Assembly (NCBI RefSeq): GCF_002105155.1
Contig: NW_019029015.1
Span: 62,001 to 126,000 of the forward strand
Length of the DNA stretch: 64,000 nt
Source: Lobosporangium transversale
Lineage: Eukaryota
Reading direction: 5' to 3'
Part shown: positions 27,181-36,651 of the stretch, piece by piece
How the letters are laid out: every line of letters starts with the position of its first letter
Numbering within the stretch: position 1 is the stretch's first letter
The notes under the pieces: model-generated
The model's input: only the letters and a program-made list of their open reading frames with translations
Told to the model about the DNA's origin: nothing
Databases searched by the model: none
Position numbers and translations under genes: made by a program

Positions 27181-28749
27181 CACTATCATGCAAAACTGAT
27201 TCAATAATTCATTCCCATGTGCATTTCTTTTTTTTTCATTCCTAGAAACCGTATATGCATACACCACTCATACTTTGGTTTAATAAAGCTCCCGTCTTCT
27301 TTTACGTCATAGTGATGCGTTGTGACATTAGCTTGTCTCATTTGAATAGCTAATGACTTTTTTGTTCATTCAGGTCATTGAATCAGTTTCACATGTGCCC
27401 ATTCGGTGGCCAAAGATCTTTATTCTTTTGTGAGGCATAACCTTACATCAATAGATAGTATTCCAACCATGGGCATCACTGACAGCTTGGAGTCTCTTAT
27501 GGATACCTATGATGAGTTTGCGGCAGAAGTCCACTGGGATCCTGTACCATTCAACCGATATTCGCTCCCATAGTTCATCACAGCTCTTAGCTCGCTCAGG
27601 ATACCTAGAGAGCCGCCTATCCAATTCTGCCCACATGTGTTCAATAGGGTTGAGGTCAGGGGATTGTGATGGCCACTCTAGAAGTGTACCTTCCTCTTCT
27701 GTCAGATGTACTGACTCCAAATACTTCCTAACAATCTTCGCCGTGTGCTTCGAGTCATTGTCGTGCTGAAAGACGATATCGCTTTTAGTTAGGCCCCAGT
27801 CATTAAGCGACATCTGTAGATCCTCCTGGAGTAGTTTGATGTAAAGTTGTGCGTCCATATTATTGTCAATCTTTGCAATGTATCCAGGTCCGTACCATGA
27901 GAAGCATGACCACACTTTAACATTACCACCCCCAAACTTGACAGTGCCTTGCACCGACCTGCGAGTGAGGCGTCCCGGATTGTCGTCCCAGATCCACTGC
28001 ACGCCATCAGAGCAGATTCGGTTTATTTTCGATTCATCTGACCAAATAACCTTTTTCCAATCTTCCAGAGTCCATTCCTTATACTTTTTGATAAAATGCA
28101 AACGAGCTTTAATATGCCGTCGACGTAAAGCTGGCTTATGTACACGCCTCTTTGCTGTCAATCCTAACTCCTTGAGCCGTCGTCTAACGGTGGTCTCAGA
28201 AACAGCCGCTGGTATGAGCTGGTTGGCTCTGACGGCGGCCTCAACTGCAGACTTGAGTGTACCTCGTTTCATGTTCACCTTAAGATACTGCATGATACCT
28301 CTAGGTACTTTCCTTGGTCGACCGCCTTTATTGACTGGCATGTACTCCTTATTATGTGCATAGATCCTGGCCTCCTGGCTTCGTTGACTTTCCTCTGTGG
28401 AGTGGGTCTCATATTCTGTGAAGGTATAGTTAAGAGAGAGTTAAGCAAGTGTTCATAAAGGAAAGAGAGAAAAGTCCTTTTTTTACTGGCATTAAATGAC
28501 GTCCAAAAGTTGTCATGGGCAACATTTTAGACCACATGTGAAACTGATTCAATGACCTGAATGAACAAAAAAGTCATTAGCTATTCAAATGAGACAAGCT
28601 AATGTCACAACGCATCACTATGACGTAAAAGAAGACGGGAGCTTTATTAAACCAAAGTATGAGTGGTGTATGCATATACGGTTTCTAGGAATGAAAAAAA
28701 AAGAAATGCACATGGGAATGAATTATTGAATCAGTTTTGCATGATAGTG
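27181..28749 (-). mobile_element. Tc1-family DNA transposon with both TIRs, 1569 bp
   Basis: 217-bp TIRs (27181-27397, 28533-28749) starting CACTATCATGC, TA on both sides, internal transposase. Confidence 0.95.
27448..28341 (-). CDS. Tc1-like DDE transposase (DD39E); first HTH apparently deleted
   Basis: GRPRK, WSDESK, FQHDND, WPSQSPDLNPIE motifs; upstream MRPTPQRKVNEAR start is out of frame and lacks the HTH seen in the other two transposase fragments. Confidence 0.9.
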   Translation of the reverse strand: MPVNKGGRPRKVPRGIMQYLKVNMKRGTLKSAVEAAVRANQLIPAAVSETTVRRRLKELGLTAKRRVHKPALRRRHIKARLHFIKKYKEWTLEDWKKVIWSDESKINRICSDGVQWIWDDNPGRLTRRSVQGTVKFGGGNVKVWSCFSWYGPGYIAKIDNNMDAQLYIKLLQEDLQMSLNDWGLTKSDIVFQHDNDSKHTAKIVRKYLESVHLTEEEGTLLEWPSQSPDLNPIEHMWAELDRRLSRYPERAKSCDELWERISVEWYRIPVDFCRKLIIGIHKRLQAVSDAHGWNTIY

Positions 28750-28764
28750 TATCTTTATCATAAC

Positions 28765-28936
28765 ATGAAATCACTATCCAAATCAACTATCCAAAATGCA
28801 ACTGCTCTACTTCGTCAGGGAAAGTCTTGCAGAGAAGTGTCAAAGAGTTTAGTGATATCTGTTACCTCAGCTCAAAGGATTAGGAAAAGAGGCAAAGAAA
28901 GTATCCAGTGCTGGGGGGCCGACCTTGCAAAGTCAC
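28765..28936 (+). pseudogene. Tc1 transposase N-terminal fragment, interrupted by an LTR
   Basis: MKSLSKSTIQNATALLRQGKSCREVSKSL.ISVTSAQRIR then shifted GRPCKVT; homologous to the 34943 fragment. Confidence 0.8.
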
Positions 28937-29735
28937 TGCAAACGTGTTATACAATACTTAACTCAAGTCTCTGCGTTGGCGCAAGCACAAGACGCAATAG
29001 CGACAGCTCAGGACATCCAAAAACGCCAAGCAGATAAAACACGATCACCCGCCAGGTTCACTGTGGGCGATAGTGTCTTACTGAGTACGGAGCATATCAC
29101 TGTCGCAGCTCACGCAAACCGACCCTCGAAAAAGTTAGAACCAAAATTCATTGGACCATTCAAAATCATAGAGAAGATCAACGACAACGCGTACATGCTC
29201 GAGCTACCTCCGAACATGAAACAACACCCTGTCTTCAATACAGATTTATTACGACATTATCACGAATCCCCGGAGAATTTAACGAGCACCTGCCAGATCC
29301 CCACCAGATTTAGTCAATGGCGAAGAAGAATATGAAGTGGAAAAGATTCTGGATTACAAACTATTTGGCAGAAATGGAAGGGATATCCTGACGAAGCAAC
29401 ATGGGAACGGAGATCCACATTAGTTAATGCAAAAGAAGCACTGGAGGAATTTCAAAAAATGCAACAGTATGTTTTTATTTGGGGTCATAAAAATTTCTGA
29501 ATCATAAATATATTTCACGTGCAGCACGTGATCTATTTTTGGAGCATAACTTGGCGTTTGTCCATCTTTTTCGCGGCACAAATGTGGAATACCGAGTGTA
29601 CTCACCATTCTGATTGAATTGAATACAATAGGCAACAGCTATATATATTCCATATCAGCTGTCCACAGACAATAGTCAAACTTCATTCAAAATTCTTCTT
29701 TTATTAACATTAAATAAGTGACTACAAGTGTCTAT

Positions 29736-32700
29736 CTATGCATCTTGTTGGCCTAACTGATCTTGCTGGTCTAACTGATCTTGCTGGTCCGGTTCTTGTA
29801 CAGGAGCTCGGCGGCGTTTTGGAGCGCCTTTTGGAAGAGATTTCTCATATTTATTAATTGATCCTGCTTGAGATATCTTTAAATGAACGCTGTCTAATGC
29901 ATAAAAAATACGTTGTTCCACCGTGAGATTGGGCTCCGCATTGATCATTTCTCTAAGAACGGAGTTGATTAGACGCTTCTTGAATAAATATACTGCAGCC
30001 TTGGCATTGCCAGGACGCCATCTACTGCCATGTTCAATTTCCATACGACATATTGAAGATTTTTCTTCGTTTCCATAAAACCACTCCTTCCAAAGATCAC
30101 GAATCGGCCTATCCCTTGGTTCCATTTCCATGTAGTGAAATTCAGGTACATATGGGCACAAGCGCATTCCAAGCTCTTTCTCTAGCTCTTTCTCGTTATC
30201 CCATCGCCATTGTCCTTCTGCATTTTGACCAGCCTCCTGGTCCTCTTGGCCATCTTGGTCCTCCCAATTTTGATCCAGTGCGTTAGTACCAAGTGCCTCG
30301 TTAAATTGATCACATAGATCTTGATCATCATGAAAATGATCATCAACAGCAATAACGGTTTCGTTAATAACAACCGGCTCGCTCTCCTGGCCACTATCAC
30401 TTTCGTCACTCTCGCTCTCACTCCCTTGCTGGTAATCCTCTGGATCCCTAGGTGGCGATAAGTTATCAATGCCAGAGCTACTAAATGATGGAACTTCTCT
30501 CGACAGCCTGCTCAGAATCCCTTGCAATGCAGGTTGTTGTATTTTAGTTTTTAGTTGCCTCTTTTCCTGTTGTACTTTTATGTACTCCTTTCTTCCTGCT
30601 TCTTGAGCTACTCTGCTCAGTGTTTCAAAAAATAATTGGCGACTTTGGGCTACGCTCATCTTAATGGACGAACCAACCCGCTCAAGTTCCCGAACCGTCA
30701 TATTGGTGCTTTCTAAAAAGCCTTGCCAATCGCATGTGTCCACAGAGTCTGTTGGCGTTCCATCATTCCTTCGAAGTCTCCGACTAGTTCCGTCCCAAGC
30801 TTCCGATCAATGTCATTAAGCTTATTTTTCATCGCTCGGAACTCTGAACGAATAGCTGGCGCATTAGTGCGAAGGCTGTCTGAGGTAGGCGATGACTCTG
30901 TAATCATCCGTTCCATAAGTCTCGATTTAAAATCCGAGTACAATGAACTCCTAAATAATGGAAGGCCAAATATACGATGCATCATGTAGTTACTCGCAGG
31001 ATCATTCTGAGTCTGAGAAAGGGCGACAGCGTCCTGTAGAATCACCTTTCGCAAGTGAGCTAACAGCAAAAGAAAGCGTGATAATATTAGCTCTGATTTG
31101 CTAGGGTTAAACCTCGACTCAGGACGCCTACCATACCCACGATTACGGTCCATCATAACGTTTTCAACGATGGCTCTCCAGTCAGGATGTCCACCAAAAC
31201 TACTTTCGATGAATAGAAAGATCTCACGCTGAAGCTCAGCTGGTGGGAGGAAAGTATTCCTAGGTAGCCAAAATGGCTCATCGTGGTTTGTAAAGCCAGC
31301 CATACGCAAAGCAACATTTGGAGAAATCCTGCTCAAGTAATGTGTAATAACACGCTCAGTTGACCATCCACCATGCTGTGAAATCGACCTGACATCTGCA
31401 CCAGCCTCTTGAGCATGACGAGCTCCAGAGCCACGATACCTATGAGTTACTTTGTTTGGTATAGCCACTCCAGCTCCTGATTGCGCTTTGAAAGATGATT
31501 GATGATGTCCAGATTGACTAAATTTTTTAGTGCTATCGCCACCATGAATTAAATGAAGCTTCGTCCAATCCTCACCAAGAGTGTTGAAGTCCGGTGGCCC
31601 GCCCTGGAACTACAGAAACTATTAGCACGATGGCCTTTGAAATAGTATGTATATATAAAGAGTTTTGTAAATAAGCGAATAGCTGCATTTACCTCAAATT
31701 GGTCAAGAAAATAAAACCCTAGGGCACCAACAGGACAGAGCTCAACATCTATATTTCTGACAGCGACCCCGTACATCTCATGGCTGCCGTCGTTTGTCTT
31801 GCCTTGCAACATTGTGAGGATGACACCTAGGCAATATTGTCCAGCCGGATCCTTTTGGCGAAATGTATGGGCCTCAATGTTGCCAAGAGTGGCGTATCTT
31901 AGGCTCTCGCCTCGGGCCATTAGAAAGTGAGACCAAGCCGCATCCAGCCTATCACGAAGCCCAATTCGGATTTGGCCTTTTGATTTCATCCACGCTGCTT
32001 TCATTACTTCTTTAATTTCCTCCAGTTCATCGCCCCGATCCAGCACTACTCGCCTTTTGTGCGGAACCTTCTCTATATTCATCTTCCTTCTATAAATATC
32101 CATCCTAGTCCAAATCGCTTTTGATCGTGGGTGACGTTCATTACTCATATCTAAGGCTGGATCGACCATCTGCTGCTCCCACAAATCCACACAGGCTTTT
32201 ATATGCATATCAATCAGTTCAAATGAAGCTGCCTTTCCATTCAAATTGGAGCGATATTCGTTGACATCCTGTGCTCGATCTCCAGTTTCATAGCATGGCG
32301 GTGATGGCTTTTTCTTCACTGATTTGCAACGGATAGGTAAAATACAATCCTCAGGATTTTCCGCAAAGGAAGGCTCATCTGCCAAGTTTTCCTCCATATA
32401 TACGTGGAATTTTGCATATCGAACCCTGTAGTCATCTCCATATCCTTTACGGAAACACCAAGACTAACAGAAGAGTGTTAATTCACGGCTTGACTGCTTG
32501 ATTTATTCCTGATAATTTATAGTAAAATTTGATTGCTTTAACGTACCTTCCAATGTCGAATATATCGTTCATAACTCTTCTTACTACTGTCTCGAAGAGT
32601 ATCTACCCGCACTCCTTGGGCACGTACCATAGCCTGCGCCTCACGGAACTCCACCTTTGTTTTAGATTCTAGACTTTTGTTGTTTTGAGGCGACTTGAAT

Positions 32701-33158
32701 TCCGGATCAATGGCCGAAGCTCTTGTAACTGCTCCTTGCTCTCTTAAACCGATCTTTACTGAGATATCGAGATTCCTATCCTGCCCTTCAAGTAGAGTTG
32801 GTTGTGGGAGCTGAATAAAAGCCCGATGGTTTGGGTTCGGCAGAGGCTCTAGTTGTTCATCTGCTTTTCGCTTTCCATTGATGATGCTTTGTCGCCGTTC
32901 CTCGTCCACTTCCTCGTCGGAACTTTCTTCGTCTAGTCCAAAATAATTGATTCTCTTGGTCCCGCCAATCATGCTTGAAGATTCAGCACTGTCTATGGCA
33001 CTACCTTGGGGATTATCATCATCAAGCATGACAGTAGTGGCAGTGGCACTTGGAGATGACGAGTTATGGTATTCATAATATCCAGATTTATCCATGGCCT
33101 TTGCTCTAGCGACATTAGCAAACAGTGGGTGTGTTGTCCTTGGCTTTCTTGGTGGCAT
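29736..33158 (-). CDS. Crypton (CryptonF-type) tyrosine recombinase with NDC10-like catalytic domain and C-terminal GCR1_C domain; 2 introns, one 1-nt frameshift
   Basis: FLMARGES, QGKTN, LCPVGALGFY, KVTHRYRGSGAR, HGGW, HYL, LRMAGF, LRKVILQDA; GCR1_C-like IRDLWKEWFYG..MEIEHGSRWR..KKRLI. Frame switch at T5 run 30715-30719. Confidence 0.88.
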
Positions 33159-33502
33159 AAATATAGCGATATGGTGTACCTATACTAGAGTATAACTAGT
33201 ACACTAGTCCTAGAACCTGTGTTGAGCGCCAGGAATGAGGGGAATGAGGGGAATGAGGCGAGGGCTAATGGTTTAATTGAGGATCAGGGGTGAATCAAAG
33301 TATTTCACAAGGTCATATGTATCATTCCATATCATTTTCGCTATATATTTTTGTTATTCTAAAATTGATGACTCACTCACTTCAACCTTATTTATGATTT
33401 ATTTTTTAGCATATACGCTCACAGTAACACCAAAATTATTTTTCTCTGTTTCTTTTTTTTCTTGTTCTTTATTTTCTTCTTTTTTTTCCCTTTCTTCATT
33501 TA

Positions 33503-34152
33503 CTATCTCCTTTCCTCTCTTCCTCTCTTCCTTTTACCTCCCTTCTCTGCCCACTCCAGCATGGTAACAACCGCCATTTCCTCCATCAATCGACGACGTT
33601 CCCGTGCTCGCTCTTCTACACTCACATCCTGGGTCTGCAATGCACGAAACTCAAACGCTACCAACGAAGAACACTCCCTTATCATCGACAGCCTCGGTCC
33701 CTCATGACGACTCCTCTTCCGTCGCCTCTCCGGCTTCTCATGACCATCCTCTCCATCAACAGCTTCCCAGTGTGCATTGTCGCTCGTCGAACTTACAGAA
33801 GCCAAACGGACCCCAGCCCCCTCCACTCCCGACGTCGCTGGAGTACTCGACTCCACACGATCTCTGGCTTCCCTCACAGTTGGCGAACCGCCCACCTCTG
33901 GATACTCCTCCTTCGGTATCATCGGCCCCAAGATTATAGGTGAAAAACGTGGAGACGATTCCAACCTCGTATCTAGCTCTTCCTCCTGAGGCACAGAATA
34001 AGGCTGTGTGGCGTCAGGGTCATCTGAAGAACCCTGGGAGCTTGGTACCGCCGACCGCTGTGTCAATACAACATACAACTTCAGAAAACACGCCACCAGA
34101 AGGAGCACGACCTTTACGCGGCATTGGATGAGAAGCCTTGCGTGAAGACATC
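33503..34152 (-). CDS. Hypothetical ORF upstream of Crypton recombinase (5' end uncertain)
   Basis: About 200 codons open, GC-richer than flanks, NLS-like RRRKRSR and charged helix; start unresolved (frame break near 34060). Confidence 0.4.
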
Positions 34153-34533
34153 ATGGAGACTTTTTTCTTTTTTTGAAATGAGCAAAGAGGAATGAGGAAA
34201 GAATGCAACACGAACTCACCAGCTCCATCGCCATTCATTCATCCACATGATCCGCATGAACCGCGTGACCAGTAATTTTAACCAATCAGACATCACCACA
34301 TCAATTTTTTTTATTTATTATTTTATTTATTTCTCCTCTCCTCTTCGCTTTCTTTATTTCCACCAATTTTTTTTTCTTTTCTTTTCTTGACGGGAAGGAT
34401 GCAAACGTGTTATACAATACTGAACTCAAACCTTTGAGGAGGGCTCAACTATCACGCGCACCCCAGGCGCCAAGACGCCAAGCCCAAGTGCCAAGACGCC
34501 AAGCCCCAACCCTATCAATTATCAGTATAAATA

Positions 34534-35275
34534 GTCCAGTCAAGGTGGTTGAGGGCAAAATTTTTCCTTTTCGCAATCTGCATTTTTGTCAGCCTAGGCT
34601 TGAATGGGCGGACATAGTTTTTCAAACCCTCTGATTTTACATAGCGTCGGGCAGTCTCTACACTGACATGCACTCCATGGCTCGATCTGATGTATTCTTG
34701 AACTGCCAGAATGGATCTAAGTTTCCCCGTATCAACCTCGCGTGCAATTACCCTCTTGGTAGCAGGGGAAACCAATGAGGGTCTGTCCATTCTGGGTTTA
34801 GGAATATTGTCCTTGACGTCCCTCCTGATCCTTATTGCCGATGAAATAGAGATACCAAGTTGCCTTGCCACTTCGCTTGTAGACTTCCCTTGTCGAAGTA
34901 AGGCCTGAGCATTTTGTACCTTTTCCATAGAAAGCGTCCTCATAATAAATACTAAACGATGTGGAATGTTAATTGTAAGTAGAGGTGTATGAAGATATAG
35001 CTGAAGGTAATCTTGGTAGAAAAAAGAGAAGTGAAAAAGTTTTTTTTGCAATCAACATTGAAATTCAGCAGAAGTCATTCAATAGGCAGGTCAAATTGAA
35101 ATTGGTTTTATTTCACAATGAAGTCATAATTAGGAATGAGACATGAAAGTAATCATGAGGTGTGGGGAACAAATGCACTACCCCAAATATACTAGCCACA
35201 TGCTAGATGAGAATGAAGAAAAGGAATGAGAATGTTAAAAATTCAAAATCATTGAATGACTTTTGATGACCACTG
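34534..35275 (-). mobile_element. Truncated Tc1 transposon: one terminus plus transposase N-terminal half
   Basis: End TA|CAGTGGTCATCAAAAGTC at 35275; ORF from 34943 MRTLSMEKVQNAQALLRQGKS..VSVETARR..KPRLT..FALNHLDWT stops before the DDE domain. Confidence 0.85.
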
Positions 35276-35304
35276 TAGATGCAATGAGATGCTGAAATAC
35301 ATAA

Positions 35305-35812
35305 AGCTTCCTTTCATTTTGATGAGTGTGTGAAAACTCTCCTTTCATTGTGAGTGTGGGAAAGCTCCCCTTTCATTGTGGTGAGTGTGGGAAAGCTCCC
35401 CTTTCATTGTGGTGAGTGTGGGAAAACTCTCCTTTCATTGTGAGTGTGTGAAAGCTCCCCTTTCATTGTGGTGAGTGTGGGAAAACTCTCCTTTCATTGT
35501 GAGTGTGTGAAAGCTCCCCTTTCATTGTGGTGAGTGTGGGAAAGCTCCCCTTTCATTGTGGTGAGTGTGTGAAAACTCTCCTTTCATTGTGAGTGTGTGA
35601 AAGCTCCCCTTTCATTTTGATGAGTGTGTGAAAACTCTCCTTTCATTGTGAGTGTGTGAAAGCTCCCCTTTCATTGTGGTGAGTGTGGGAAAGCTCCCCT
35701 TTCATTGTGGTGAGTGTGGGAAAACTCTCCTTTCATTGTGAGTGTGTGAAAGCTCCCCTTTCATTGTTGAGACCATGTGAAACCTTCCTCTTCATTATGA
35801 TGAGCGTGTAAA
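35305..35812. repeat. Minisatellite of mixed 28- and 31-bp units, about 16 copies
   Basis: Units AAAACTCTCCTTTCATTGTGAGTGTG(T/G)G and AAAGCTCCCCTTTCATTGTGGTGAGTGTGGG; degenerate copies at both edges. Confidence 0.92.
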
Positions 35813-36432
35813 ACCTTTACATACATTATGGACGACTCTTTACTCAAAACTATAAGTGCGTCTAGCTTCATTATGCGCTGTGTAGTCTTCCTTTCAAAAT
35901 GGCAACCGAGAAAAAGATCAAGCTGCACGATCCTCCTTTCGGTCATGGGCCATGTTGCCGGAGTTCTCGGCTGCCTCCAATGCTGCAATAAAGAATTCTC
36001 CCATGGCCCCTGAGAAAAAACTATTTATTATCTTGGCGAAGACAAAACTGGCTGCATTTATCACTGTCAGAGATAGCTAATCTCTGAGTTCTCATCTTCT
36101 AGAAATTCCATCTATCCAATGTGCAAGTCATGTAAACAATGGTCACTCACCTGGACCGATAACGGAGATTGGGAAATAGATGACATCATTACGCCAAGAG
36201 TCTATGCCGAACCTAAATGTAATCGAGTGTCCAACGCAAACAAACAAATGCTGCGCAATCCGCAGCAAGACCAGATGACTCATCCGCATGACCCAAACTT
36301 GACCAATGATATTCCAGAAGACAAGCACGAAGAGAGTACCCTATCAGATGCCAAGACTCCGATTAGTAATCAATCATCAAACGAGGATGACTCTGTCACC
36401 TCAACCAAAACATATAAATAGTCTAGTAGTAC

Positions 36433-36627
36433 TGCAAAAGTCAAGGTAGTGTTCTAGGGGGATCTAAGGGTGCAATAAAGGTATCTTTATTCAGGGGGAA
36501 CTATGCTACAGAACTAGATAGAAAAGTAGACCTATTTATACTAGTTAATTTCCTGTTGCAAGGAATGCTCTAGAAATATGGGCGAAATACTATGTTGCAC
36601 AAAATTATTATAGTGATTTCGCTTGCA
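36433..36627 (-). repeat. 3' LTR
   Basis: Direct repeat of 41506-41700, with TATAAATA and AATAAA. Confidence 0.96.
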
Positions 36628-36651
36628 TCCTTCCCGTCATGAAGAAACCTA

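Larger units (their letters stand above)
28937..34535 (+). mobile_element. Decayed Ty3/Gypsy chromovirus (LTR remnants, integrase C-terminus and chromodomain, PPT) containing a Crypton insert
   Basis: TGCAAACGTGTTATACAATACT.AACTCAA at 28937 and 34400 (29/30 identical). The second copy follows GACGGGAAGGA, identical to the PPT of the intact element. 28970-29466 is homologous to the end of the intact pol (GPF motif, EEYEVEKILD, EATWE) with frameshifts. Confidence 0.78.

Noticed and set aside
29736..33158. Starship captain or DIRS-type recombinase
   Set aside because: Motifs and GCR1_C domain fit Crypton; gene is internal, not at the element edge, and the adjacent retro remnant is integrase/chromodomain type.
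35305..35812. CRISPR-like array
   Set aside because: No unique spacers, no cas genes, eukaryotic context; it is a tandem repeat.
35828..36421. Cys-rich short ORFs next to the Ty3 insertion
   Set aside because: Could be a disrupted cargo gene, but no consistent frame or motif.
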